Below, piece after piece: positions 1 to 9,450 of a stretch of 64,000 bases of DNA. Each line of letters opens with the position of its first letter. The first letter of the stretch is position 1. The DNA is from Thermoplasmata archaeon (GTDB lineage Archaea > Thermoplasmatota > Thermoplasmata > Thermoplasmatales > GCA-001856825). The stretch covers positions 46,004 to 110,003 of the forward strand of contig JBMFVV010000002.1 of the NCBI GenBank assembly GCA_049965815.1, read 5' to 3'. The translations under genes were made by a program, and so were the position numbers. The notes beneath the pieces are model-generated. The model searched no databases and was not told where the DNA came from. It worked only from the letters and a program-made list of their open reading frames with translations.

Positions 1-1586
1 AGATTCCCGACGTCAACAGATTCCAGTGGCTTTTTCATGTGGTTAACTTTTGTATATATTTCGTGAACTATGCCATCTGCCTCGTGTTCTATACGTCGAA
101 TACGATCAGCCCTTTCTTGAAGATTGTCATAATTGGTCGTCATTTCAGCCAGTTCTGAAGCACCTTCCTTTACCTTCTCTCCGAGTTTCTGGAGGTACTT
201 TGAAAACTCGAGAAACACTATTGAAGATTCTTCCAGAGAAAGTCCTTTGGCTTCAGTTCCTAGCATCCAGGTAAATAAGGCTCCGACAAGCATGAAAGCA
301 AAAACAAGCAAGAAAAGATTGTTCCATCCATAGTAGAGTTCGAATATCGGGAACATCAGTGTCCCGAAGACTGCACCTAGCCTGCTAAAGGCTGAAGCCG
401 TCCCCTGAGCAGTAGCCCTTAACCTGGTTGGGAATATTTCAGTTGGAACTATCCACGTCGTTAAGTTTGGTCCAACGTTTTCAAAGAATTGGTAGGCAGC
501 TAGTACCAGAATCATGATATAAATCCCGTGGCCAAAGGTCAGTGCAAATAGAAGTGCAGCGACTGCCATCCCCAGAAATCCTATTTCCTGAAGCCTCAAC
601 CTGCCAAGTCTCTCAATTACCAAGAGTGCAACTACGAAGCCGACCAGCACAATTATGTCAAGTATCATGGTTCCGATGATGGCATGTACCTTGTCTAGAA
701 TCGTGGTACCTCCAAAACCAACCTTCTCCAGTATTAATGGAATGGATATACCAACCCCATAAACACCTATATCCATGAAGAACCACGGAATCCACGCAAA
801 CATCGTTCTTTTCCTGTAAGTACTGCTGAATAATTCAGAGACTCTTCCCCTACGCTCAGGTTCAACGCTGGCAAGGTCCTTGCTATAGTCTATTTGATAC
901 TTCTCCTTTATTTGCTCTATCACCTTCTTTGCTTCACTGCCCCTGTTGTTTGTGAGCAGCCACCTTGGGGATTCGGGCATGGTTCGCCTGAGTAAGAGAA
1001 CCACAACTGCAGGTATCACACCAGAAGCAAGCATTATCCTCCACGTAGCGATCTGCATTCCGAATATATTCAGGAAGTCGAATCTTCCAACGCTGAATCC
1101 AACAACTGCAGCAAGTAGCGACCCAATACCCCAGAACATGAAGGTCCTCGTTACCAGCTTTCCTCTCATCTGCTTAGGAGAAAATTCAGCAACATATGTA
1201 GAAGAAATGGGATAGTCTGCACCTATACCTATTCCAAGCAAGAACCTGAAGATTATGAGTTCATTTATATTAGTTGCCAAGGAGGTCAGGAAGCCAAAAA
1301 ATATGAAGAAAATCAGATCTATTATGTAGAGCGTCCTTCTTCCAACCCTATCCGCATATCTGCCCAGGAAGAGGGCTCCAAAGAACATTCCTATAAGTGC
1401 AGATGATTGCAGAAAGCCCAGTTGCACTGCTCCCAGTGTTTTTGGCGCCAACCAGTTCTGGGACTCTACATATATCAGTGCTACGGAAATGATGAATAGG
1501 TCGTAGCCATCAAGAAATACACCAGCCGCGGATAACGAAACGACCTTTCTCAGGAATCGATTTTGTTTCTTGACGACCTCTTCCAT
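1..1586 (-). CDS. MFS transporter of the Pho84-like (PHS) phosphate:H+ symporter type with a C-terminal PhoU_div/DUF47-like extension. The 3' end runs off the window.
   Basis: The ORF is absent from the track because it is open to the window edge. I translated the minus frame manually from the ATG at 1586-1584. It reads MEEVVKKQNRFLRKVVSLSAAGVFLDGYDLFIISVAL..GRYADRVGRR..RRTMPESPRWL..PTEIFPTRLRATAQG..LGTEAKGLSLEE. It then continues without a stop into ..NYDNLQERADRIRRIEHEADGIVHEIYTKVNHMKKPLESVDVGN at nt 1. Confidence 0.8.
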   Translation of the reverse strand, partial: MEEVVKKQNRFLRKVVSLSAAGVFLDGYDLFIISVALIYVESQNWLAPKTLGAVQLGFLQSSALIGMFFGALFLGRYADRVGRRTLYIIDLIFFIFFGFLTSLATNINELIIFRFLLGIGIGADYPISSTYVAEFSPKQMRGKLVTRTFMFWGIGSLLAAVVGFSVGRFDFLNIFGMQIATWRIMLASGVIPAVVVLLLRRTMPESPRWLLTNNRGSEAKKVIEQIKEKYQIDYSKDLASVEPERRGRVSELFSSTYRKRTMFAWIPWFFMDIGVYGVGISIPLILEKVGFGGTTILDKVHAIIGTMILDIIVLVGFVVALLVIERLGRLRLQEIGFLGMAVAALLFALTFGHGIYIMILVLAAYQFFENVGPNLTTWIVPTEIFPTRLRATAQGTASAFSRLGAVFGTLMFPIFELYYGWNNLFLLVFAFMLVGALFTWMLGTEAKGLSLEESSIVFLEFSKYLQKLGEKVKEGASELAEMTTNYDNLQERADRIRRIEHEADGIVHEIYTKVNHMKKPLESVDVGN

Positions 1587-1730
1587 TTATTATAGAATCA
1601 CCATTTATCATAATTAGATTATCCACTTAATTGAGCATTCACTGTCAATACTTTTTCAGAATAGAGATGCGCTTGTTCCACTAAATATAAGAACACCTCT
1701 GATCTGATGGGAGAGCCTTTCCTCTACTGA

Positions 1731-3548
1731 TTATGAATCACGATTTAATTTTGAGCTGAACTCTTGGTGTGCCTTAAATATGGCGTTCCAGGTCATCATG
1801 CCTATCACCTGGCCATTATCTTTACTCACAATAGGAACGTGAGATATATTATTGACAGAAAGTTTCTTCATAATTTCTAGCAGCGTTTCGTCCTCGTAAC
1901 CGTAAACCACGTTCCTGGTCATCACATGAGAAACTGACTCCATGTCCTGATGTATCAGCTTTACTTGAATAAGGTCTGATTTGCTTACTATTCCAACAAG
2001 CTTCCCTTTCTCAATTATGGGAATGCCAGTTACTCCTCTGTCCTCCATTAGTTGCACTGCAATCGAGACCGGGGTTGCAGGATCAACGGTTGGTACGTCT
2101 CTTGACATTGCTTCTTTTGCAGTGAGATATGAAAGTACAGGTATGTTGTATTCACCCCTGTGTGCCTGGGATTCTGATCTGTTCCTAACCTGGCTCCTGT
2201 AAATTGAGTATTTATACCCCACTACATAGTACGATGTTACAACAGCAACCATAGACGGTATCATGACCTCTAGACTACCGGTCATTTCACTCACCATCAA
2301 AATTACAGCTATGGGAGTTCTTCCAACTCCGGCGAACAGCGCCATCATCCCTACCAGTACGAAAGGAGCAGGAGAAAGTACCAGGGTAGGGTTAACCATA
2401 TGAACTCCAGTCCACATTGCAGCACCAACAAACCCACCTATAACCAGAGAGGGAGCGAAAACGCCAGCGCTTCCACCTGACGAAATTGTGAATGAAGTGG
2501 CTATTATCTTCGCAAACACTACTATGATAAGCGCTAGAAGTATAGGAACAACGAAATAGACAGGTTCAGCAGATTTCAGGTTACCATCCATCAGGTACTG
2601 GAGGTACCCATAGCTCATTCCAATTGTCTGGGGAAAAAACATTGCAATGATGCCTGCTACCGCACCCCCTATCATGGGCTTGATAAACTTCTTCACTTTC
2701 AATTTCGAGAAAAGTCTCTTAACCCAATAGAAGAACGAAGAGTAGAATTTCCCCACCAAACCACATATTATGCCAAGGACAGCGTAAAGGATAAGATTCA
2801 AAGGATGATCGAAAGTATATGGAGATGATAGGCTAAACATCGGTGAGAAATTGGTAAATGAAGCAAATATTACATAGCCTACTGGAGATGCTATAAACGC
2901 TGGTGTAAGTGCCTCGACCTCCATATCTCCTCCACTGTAAAGTATTTCAGCGCTCAATATGGCGCCTGCAAATGGGGATCTAAATATTGCACCTATTCCT
3001 GCCCCAATGCCTGCTGCAACCGCGATCCTCCTGTCCCTATTTGACATTCCGAATACGGTAGCGACATAAGAACCAAATCCAGCAGAGATTTGTGCTGTTG
3101 GTCCCTCTCTACCTCCGCTTCCGCCAGAACCTATTGTGATTGCAGACGCAATCATCTTCACGACTGGAACTCTCTTCCTGATGACGCCATTTTTGTTGTG
3201 GAACGCATCTATTGCAGCGTCTGTACCATGGCCTTCAGCTTCTGGGGCAAAAAAGAAGATGATTAAACCAACAATTAGTCCACCCAGAGCCATGGAGAGC
3301 GGAATCAGGAAATAATGAGGTGAAACGGAGAGGGGAGCGGTAATCTCTCCAGCTGGGTTCGGTGGGTAGAAACCCGTTATTCTTCCAAGAAAATTGTCTG
3401 TAGTGAATTGAATGAGGTAATAGAAAGCCGCAGCTCCCAGACCAGCTACAATTCCTATAAGGAGGCCGACAGTTACCCATTTACCAAGATAGCTTGAATT
3501 TATAAAATTCTTGAAATCTATCTTCTTCCGTCCTCCCCCAGCGGTCAT
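1731..3548 (-). CDS. ClC-family chloride channel / Cl-:H+ antiporter with C-terminal tandem CBS domains
   Basis: 605-aa ORF that is polytopic. It carries the ClC motif GSGGSGGREGP. The C-terminal region has two CBS-like repeats (VTGIPIIEKGKLVGIVSKSDL and ISHVPIVSKDNGQVIGMMT). Confidence 0.9.
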   Translation of the reverse strand: MTAGGGRKKIDFKNFINSSYLGKWVTVGLLIGIVAGLGAAAFYYLIQFTTDNFLGRITGFYPPNPAGEITAPLSVSPHYFLIPLSMALGGLIVGLIIFFFAPEAEGHGTDAAIDAFHNKNGVIRKRVPVVKMIASAITIGSGGSGGREGPTAQISAGFGSYVATVFGMSNRDRRIAVAAGIGAGIGAIFRSPFAGAILSAEILYSGGDMEVEALTPAFIASPVGYVIFASFTNFSPMFSLSSPYTFDHPLNLILYAVLGIICGLVGKFYSSFFYWVKRLFSKLKVKKFIKPMIGGAVAGIIAMFFPQTIGMSYGYLQYLMDGNLKSAEPVYFVVPILLALIIVVFAKIIATSFTISSGGSAGVFAPSLVIGGFVGAAMWTGVHMVNPTLVLSPAPFVLVGMMALFAGVGRTPIAVILMVSEMTGSLEVMIPSMVAVVTSYYVVGYKYSIYRSQVRNRSESQAHRGEYNIPVLSYLTAKEAMSRDVPTVDPATPVSIAVQLMEDRGVTGIPIIEKGKLVGIVSKSDLIQVKLIHQDMESVSHVMTRNVVYGYEDETLLEIMKKLSVNNISHVPIVSKDNGQVIGMMTWNAIFKAHQEFSSKLNRDS

Positions 3549-3813
3549 TTTTACATTTAGAAGAGCACAATCTTACTTATTATTTTCCGTGAATTCAGAC
3601 AAGAATTCTTTAGGTTGGCTGTTTATTTCCTTAATCGAAGTGCTAGCTGGATTAACGTGCCTAGCATATTTGAATCAATAATATTCCGAGTCATTTGCTT
3701 TCAATAAACAGGTCTGGAAAACTTAAGCTATTTGTACTTTAAAAAAATCAAAAAATGAGGAATAAATAAAAGAATAACGAAATTGTGGTACGGGTGCGCA
3801 TCGTGAATTCTAC

Positions 3814-5484
3814 CTATTCCTCCTGTGATACGTACTGAGTTCCCAGTGTTGAGATCTCTTCAATGTCCTCGGTCCTGTATCCACTGATGAGGGACCAGAA
3901 GTAGAATATCAGAGCTACGACAGCCACAACTATCAGGTCAATAGGGAACTTCAGAATACCTATACCTCCAAAAGTCGTCCCGCCAATGTAAGACAGAATC
4001 ACTAAAGCAATTATGTAGACAGGTACCCATGCACCAGCCTTCAGATCCTTGCCAGAGAATGTACCGGGTGCTTTGAATCCGTATACCATAACCCCCCATA
4101 CAACCAGGCCGATACCTATTGCTATAGCTAGGTAGCCAACTAGCGGCCACCCGCTCCAGTAGACTATTTCTGAAGCACCTATGAATGCGATTGGAGAGAG
4201 GATTGACGCAGCGCCCAGTCTAAATGGTCTCTTGAATTCTGAAGCGTGTTTCCTGAAGGTCATCAGTGCGCTTCCACCTACTATGTATGTGAACACAGTT
4301 GCACTAGTTATAAAGCCAACCATCTTGTACCAGCTCGGGAAAGGTGCGAAGAATAGGAATCCGATTACAAGCGAAATGAGCAGTGGAAGGAAGGGAATTC
4401 TATGTTTTTCATTAATTTTGATCATTCTCTTAGGGAAGAACCCTAGCGTCCCCAGCCCGTAAAGGGTCCTCTGTGACGTACCTAGATACACGTTCAGAGT
4501 TCCGGATGGAGAAACGTACGCATCTGCGAAGAGAAGGTATGTAAGCCAGACAAGTCCTGCAGAGGAAGCCAGTGTTGCAAATGGAGCAGTTACGACTCCG
4601 CCTGACAATGAACTCCATGCTCCTGGACTAATTCCGATGGATGCCCAGTTGACCTGTCCAATGAAAACAACCTGTAATAGGACGTAAAGGGCGATTCCTA
4701 TCAGGACGGATCCTATGGTTGCAATGGGAATAGATCTCTGGGGTGTCTTGGCTTCTCCACCGTAATCAATGGCCTGTCTGAATCCCAGGAAGGAGAATAC
4801 TATTCCTGAAAGGGAAACGGCCGCAAAGACGTTTGCCCAACCATATGGAACCAGTCCATTGTGCAGAACAAAATTCCCAATGTTAAAGTGCACAGCAAAC
4901 AGGAGCAGAACGGTTCCCAGTGGTATTATAAGTTTCCACCAGGTCATTCCAGAATTCGTCTTCCCCATTATTCTGACGCCCAGATAGTTTAGGAAGAAGA
5001 AGAATATCATCAATAGTGCCGCAAGTAATATACCCAGCCCCGATAATACGGCCGTCGGTGTGACCAAACCAGGTATATAGGTACCTGCGTATGTTATTAC
5101 TGCCTCTGCTTCTATGGCCGGAACTGAAACAGCAGATAGAAAATAAGCCCATCCAAATAAGTAGCCGGCAAAAGAGCCATGTGAGTACTGTCCATATCTT
5201 ACGATTGCACCAGACCTTGGGAGCATTCCGCCCAGTTCCGCGTAAACAACAGCGATCGAAAGCACGATAAGTCCTCCGATGATCCACGCGAATATTGCTC
5301 CTGGACCGGCCAGTATCGCTGCACCGGAGGCGGCAAACAGCCAACCAGAACCAATTATTCCACCTAGGCTGAGGAACAATAGATCCCAGGTTGACAACGC
5401 ACGCCTCAGTTTCTTGTCAGATTTCACCGCAGTTTCTTCAACTGCTGCCTTGGTGATTTCTACTGACGTTTTTTCTATTGTCAA
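3814..5484 (-). CDS. APC-superfamily amino acid permease
   Basis: 556-aa polytopic ORF. The N-terminal signature LSTWDLLFLSLGGIIGSGWLF is typical of amino acid/polyamine permeases. The start is TTG (plus-strand caa at 5482-5484), with no nearby in-frame ATG. Confidence 0.85.
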   Translation of the reverse strand: MTIEKTSVEITKAAVEETAVKSDKKLRRALSTWDLLFLSLGGIIGSGWLFAASGAAILAGPGAIFAWIIGGLIVLSIAVVYAELGGMLPRSGAIVRYGQYSHGSFAGYLFGWAYFLSAVSVPAIEAEAVITYAGTYIPGLVTPTAVLSGLGILLAALLMIFFFFLNYLGVRIMGKTNSGMTWWKLIIPLGTVLLLFAVHFNIGNFVLHNGLVPYGWANVFAAVSLSGIVFSFLGFRQAIDYGGEAKTPQRSIPIATIGSVLIGIALYVLLQVVFIGQVNWASIGISPGAWSSLSGGVVTAPFATLASSAGLVWLTYLLFADAYVSPSGTLNVYLGTSQRTLYGLGTLGFFPKRMIKINEKHRIPFLPLLISLVIGFLFFAPFPSWYKMVGFITSATVFTYIVGGSALMTFRKHASEFKRPFRLGAASILSPIAFIGASEIVYWSGWPLVGYLAIAIGIGLVVWGVMVYGFKAPGTFSGKDLKAGAWVPVYIIALVILSYIGGTTFGGIGILKFPIDLIVVAVVALIFYFWSLISGYRTEDIEEISTLGTQYVSQEE

Positions 5485-5748
5485 ACGAACACCTCAGCGT
5501 TGATTATGAAACTACTATTATTTAATCATTATCACAGTTCTACAATTTACCTTAAATAGTAAAGGCCAAAATATGCGATTTACGATGTCTAATTTAGCTT
5601 AGTAATCTTTGCAAATTATAGTGACCCAAACGGTCAAATCGGCATTTATGTACAGATCTTTAATTGGTCACAGATAGTGTTTCTGGCTCTTTCTGTATAG
5701 GCAATGCCTCGATCCACTCTAAATGAGTGTAATTCTGAAAGGAGACAT

Positions 5749-6588
5749 ATGAAAATACTAGAAATTGATTTTGGGGCAATGATATTTGCATTCATTGGAA
5801 AGGGTGGGGTTGGGAAAACTACGATTGCATCGGCAGCTGCGTTAGACCTTTCTAGAATTGGAAGAACTACCTTAGTATCTAGCGATTTCATGCCGTCTTT
5901 AAAATACCTGTTTCCATCAAATCCAGAAAACCTAGATGTATTTGAGTTAAACCAAAAGGAGGTATCTGAAAAGTGGAAGAAGACTTACGGTGACGAGGTA
6001 GTCACAGTACTCAGCAACCTTTTCGAGGTTGAGGACTGGATTCTTGACCATGTTGCTGAAAGTCCTGGTGTAGCTGAAGAATTTATGATCTCCAATATTA
6101 TGGAGCTTGACAGTTCTGACAAATATGACTATGTTGTTTGGGACACAGCTGCATCATCCTCAACCATGCATCTCATTTTCCTTCAGAAGGAATTTTATGA
6201 CCATCTCAGCAGGGACGTGAAGATTTACCTCAAGTTGCGAGATTCTATTAGGTCCGATAAGATGCTTACCCTTCTGGAACGATGGAGAATGCTCGCAACC
6301 AACGTATGGAATCAGTTACTTTCCACTAAGTTTTTCCTGGTAACAACAGGTGACGAACTGAGCATTGTCCAGGCAGGCCAGATTCAGGAAGACCTCAGAA
6401 CAATGGGAATTGAAGTAGCCGCAACAATATGCAACAGGGGGGGAGATGAATGTAATGATAAGAACAAGTTCAATGTACCAGAGAACAGAGGTTCTGCGAG
6501 AGACATAGTTGATTCAGTATCTAGACGCCTCATCGACAATGGGATGGTCGAGCTGCTTCGCAGACTTGCTAAGGACCAAAAAGTTTAG
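5749..6588 (+). CDS. ArsA/Get3-like P-loop ATPase (single half-domain)
   Basis: Deviant Walker A motif FIGKGGVGKTTIASAAAL. A degenerate ArsA DTAPTGH-like segment is present (VVWDTAASSSTMHLIFL). I prefer the ATG at 5749, preceded by GGAG at 5741-5744, over the track start 5704. Confidence 0.7.
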   Translation: MKILEIDFGAMIFAFIGKGGVGKTTIASAAALDLSRIGRTTLVSSDFMPSLKYLFPSNPENLDVFELNQKEVSEKWKKTYGDEVVTVLSNLFEVEDWILDHVAESPGVAEEFMISNIMELDSSDKYDYVVWDTAASSSTMHLIFLQKEFYDHLSRDVKIYLKLRDSIRSDKMLTLLERWRMLATNVWNQLLSTKFFLVTTGDELSIVQAGQIQEDLRTMGIEVAATICNRGGDECNDKNKFNVPENRGSARDIVDSVSRRLIDNGMVELLRRLAKDQKV

Positions 6589-6621
6589 TAAGAAACGATA
6601 TTCCCAACGTGGTCGCTTCAA

Positions 6622-7053
6622 ATGATAGATATCAGCGGAAAGGAAGATGTTAAGAGAGAAGCTGTAGCAGAGGGATCTATAATTCTCAAGAGGACAACTA
6701 TCGACGCAATCAAAAATGGAAATATAAAGAAGGGCAACGTTGTGGAAGCATCGAAGATTGCAGGCGTTTTAGGAGCAAAGATGACACCGCAGATAATACC
6801 TCATTGCCACCCGATTCCACTGGAGTCTGTGAGCACCGGGGTAGAAGTTCGTAATGACAGAGTTACAGTAACGTGCACAATAAAGGCGAGATACAAAACA
6901 GGAGTTGAAATGGAGGCGCTAACTTGTGTAAACTCTATGCTTCTGACTATATGGGACATGGTCAAGTACCTTGAGAAGGATGAGAAGGGGCAGTACGCGC
7001 ATACAGAAATTTCTGGCATAAAAGTTCTAAAGAAGGTAAAACAGAGGGATTGA
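6622..7053 (+). CDS. moaC: Cyclic pyranopterin monophosphate synthase accessory protein MoaC
   Basis: 143 aa with an MoaC-like core (KGNVVEASKIAGVLGAKMTPQIIPHCHPIPLESV..GVEMEALT). Confidence 0.9.
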   Translation: MIDISGKEDVKREAVAEGSIILKRTTIDAIKNGNIKKGNVVEASKIAGVLGAKMTPQIIPHCHPIPLESVSTGVEVRNDRVTVTCTIKARYKTGVEMEALTCVNSMLLTIWDMVKYLEKDEKGQYAHTEISGIKVLKKVKQRD

Positions 7054-7058
7054 TTTAA

Positions 7059-7532
7059 ATGGTACACAAAACGGAACCAGACAGGAAATTCAATATTTTG
7101 ATAGCGGTCGTATCAACGTCCAGGACTTTGAAATCTGATGTATCTGGTGATGCACTCAAGGAAGCATTCCTCGCCCGAAATCATTCGGTTGAGAAGGTGA
7201 TCTGTAAGGACGATGAGGTAGAGATAAGGGAGACGTTTGAATCCAATCCTGACCACGATATATTCATCTTTGTTGGCGGAACCGGACCCAGCAGGAAAGA
7301 TGTGACTGTCCAAAGCCTCAGAAAGATCGCCGATAAGGAAATGGTCGGGTTTGGCGAACTGTTCAGAAAGGAATCAAACGAGATATTTGCCTACCTCTCC
7401 AATTCAACATTACTCATAAAGGATAGAAAGCAGGTATACTGCATTCCAGGATCTCCTGACGCAACCTCAATAGCCTTTTCTTTGATCAATTCTATAATGG
7501 GGCACATATATCACGAACTGAACAAAGAATAG
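7059..7532 (+). CDS. moaB: Molybdenum cofactor biosynthesis protein MoaB/MogA family
   Basis: 157 aa with the MogA/MoaB motif FIFVGGTGPSRKDVT. It starts 5 nt after moaC. Confidence 0.85.
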   Translation: MVHKTEPDRKFNILIAVVSTSRTLKSDVSGDALKEAFLARNHSVEKVICKDDEVEIRETFESNPDHDIFIFVGGTGPSRKDVTVQSLRKIADKEMVGFGELFRKESNEIFAYLSNSTLLIKDRKQVYCIPGSPDATSIAFSLINSIMGHIYHELNKE

Positions 7533-7550
7533 GCGTTATTATCCGCCTCA

Positions 7551-9449
7551 TTAACCATTCATAATTTCGCCAATGTTTTCTGGGAATTTATACCCTGGAA
7601 AATCCTTCTTGAATTTAGATGACCTTTTAAGCATTTCCAGAAACCTTTTGCCATTATCTGATTTATAAAATTCTTTTCCCATCAGAATGTCATAGTTTTC
7701 GTCCCTTATCTTGGCGAAGGACAGATTCAATTTTCTTGCATAGAACTCTATGGAAACGCCAGCATCCGCCCTGCCCTGCTGGACTGCCTTCGCTACTGCT
7801 GCGTGGCTTTTTGCTTCCCAGAAGTACCCACGAATTTTCTCCTTCTGGAATTTCTGACCAAGCTCCCTATCGATCTCTGACTCAATCAAGTCCCTCGTCC
7901 CTGATCCCTTGTTTCTGTTTACAAATATCAAATCATTTTTTGTTATATCAGAGAAATTAGAGATACCATCCCGAGACACAAATCCCTGTGTCCTGGAAAA
8001 GCCCCTTACCATAACATAGTTCCTTTTCTTGTCATCCCTCAGGATAAATGTATTGTATTCACCTCTTCGTAAAAGATGTATACCGCTCACGTCCGCTTCC
8101 CCCATCTTCATTGCCTCCACTCCACCCCACGAACCTGCATTGATAAGTACAGGGGAACTGGATGAACCGAATATTACCCTCTCTATCAGCGGATCGTTTG
8201 AACCAATGAACAGGAGGTCCCTTTCGCCGTGGTGCAGGGGAAAGTATGGAACCTCGTCATTTTCGTCGTAGAAATTTCTTTCTGACTTCAAAACAATAAA
8301 TCCGTCGGCGTATGCAAGGCGACTGATTGAACCAGACTCACCAAAAATGGGGTAAGCTCTGCCACTCCTCCCTCTTATTGCAGGCAACACGGTATCCTTC
8401 CCCCTTTCAGAATTTATTCTGAAAGGCAATTTTACCAAAGACATTTGCTCGTCTGGTAGCCCAAATGCCTGCTTGAGCGATGGAACAACAACATATCTTA
8501 AAACAGATGCTGCAGAAAGGGGGAATCCTGGCATTCCTATGATAATCCCACTGCCCAGCGAGGCGAGAAAAGTCGGTTTTCCTGGCTTTATGGATATACC
8601 ATGAAACTCTATCTTACCCCCAAGATTTTCTATGACTCGGTATAGCAAATCGTGAAAACCTGCAGATGTTGAACCAGAAGAAATCAGTATTTTGAATTTG
8701 TCCAGATTACTTTTAATGAAAACTTCCATTGATTTTTCATCATCTCTTACTGTCCCGAGAATAGAGCAACTGGCTAGACCTGTTCCTTCAAGTGCGGTCT
8801 TAAAATAATATGAGTTGCTGTCATAAATCTGACCAACCTTAATAGGACGCCCTGGACTGATAATTTCGTTACCAGTGGAAATAATTCCAACCTTCATTCT
8901 GTCCATCACCCTTATCTTTTCAATTCCAGAGGAAGCCAGGAGCGCGATCATTTCAGGTGTTATAGTCTTCCCTTTCCTGACCAATACTTCCCCCATGAAA
9001 AAATCTGATCCCGCATGGGCAATATTCTCGCCTGCATTTACTGACTTATAGATTTTGACCATCTCCTTTTCCTTAGACGTGTGTTCTACCATTACCACTG
9101 AGTCTGCACCTCTAGGAATAACTGAGCCCGTAGAGATATAAGCGGCCTCTCCACTTCCTATTTCCAAATTTGATGGCTTTCCTATCTCTATGTCCCCAAC
9201 GATCTCGAGGCTCTTGGGAGAATCTTCATCTGCCCCCACGACCGACTGGTGATCTACCGCGAACCCATCCACTTCTGATCTGTCGAATGGTGGTATGTCC
9301 TCCTTGGAGTATACGTCTTCAGCTGCTATCATGCCTCCAACATTCTGGATTTGCATCGTCCTCAACTCAATCAAATTTTCAAATTTTTCTATTAGAACCT
9401 GCCTTGCCCGTTCGGGATCAACAAGTGTATGGAATATTTTGGCGGACAT
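7551..9449 (-). CDS. moeA: MoeA-type molybdopterin molybdenum/tungsten transferase fused to a C-terminal periplasmic-binding-protein-like (molybdate-binding-like) domain
   Basis: 632 aa. The N-terminal ~400 aa are MoeA-like (PPFDRSEVDGFAV, ISTGNEI, ISSGSTSAG, KPGKPT). The C-terminal ~220 aa have an extra alpha/beta domain (LFIGSNDP..GGVEA..GEADVSGIHL), as in archaeal long MoeA forms. Confidence 0.85.
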   Translation of the reverse strand: MSAKIFHTLVDPERARQVLIEKFENLIELRTMQIQNVGGMIAAEDVYSKEDIPPFDRSEVDGFAVDHQSVVGADEDSPKSLEIVGDIEIGKPSNLEIGSGEAAYISTGSVIPRGADSVVMVEHTSKEKEMVKIYKSVNAGENIAHAGSDFFMGEVLVRKGKTITPEMIALLASSGIEKIRVMDRMKVGIISTGNEIISPGRPIKVGQIYDSNSYYFKTALEGTGLASCSILGTVRDDEKSMEVFIKSNLDKFKILISSGSTSAGFHDLLYRVIENLGGKIEFHGISIKPGKPTFLASLGSGIIIGMPGFPLSAASVLRYVVVPSLKQAFGLPDEQMSLVKLPFRINSERGKDTVLPAIRGRSGRAYPIFGESGSISRLAYADGFIVLKSERNFYDENDEVPYFPLHHGERDLLFIGSNDPLIERVIFGSSSSPVLINAGSWGGVEAMKMGEADVSGIHLLRRGEYNTFILRDDKKRNYVMVRGFSRTQGFVSRDGISNFSDITKNDLIFVNRNKGSGTRDLIESEIDRELGQKFQKEKIRGYFWEAKSHAAVAKAVQQGRADAGVSIEFYARKLNLSFAKIRDENYDILMGKEFYKSDNGKRFLEMLKRSSKFKKDFPGYKFPENIGEIMNG

Positions 9450-9450
9450 T

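Noticed and set aside
4883-5344. 153-aa ORF nested in the APC permease gene. The same issue applies to antisense or nested ORFs at 14600-15013, 17913-18365, 34868-35341, 42453-42893, 42658-43023, 46447-46809 and 63113-63544.
   Set aside because: All of these lie entirely inside strongly supported genes, either in another frame or on the opposite strand. Their composition is biased (Ser/Pro/Arg/Cys-rich) and they have no motifs. They are typical shadow ORFs.
5704-5748. Upstream start for the ArsA-like ATPase
   Set aside because: The 15 extra residues add nothing conserved. The ATG at 5749 has a GGAG 5 nt upstream and places the P-loop at the usual distance from the N-terminus.
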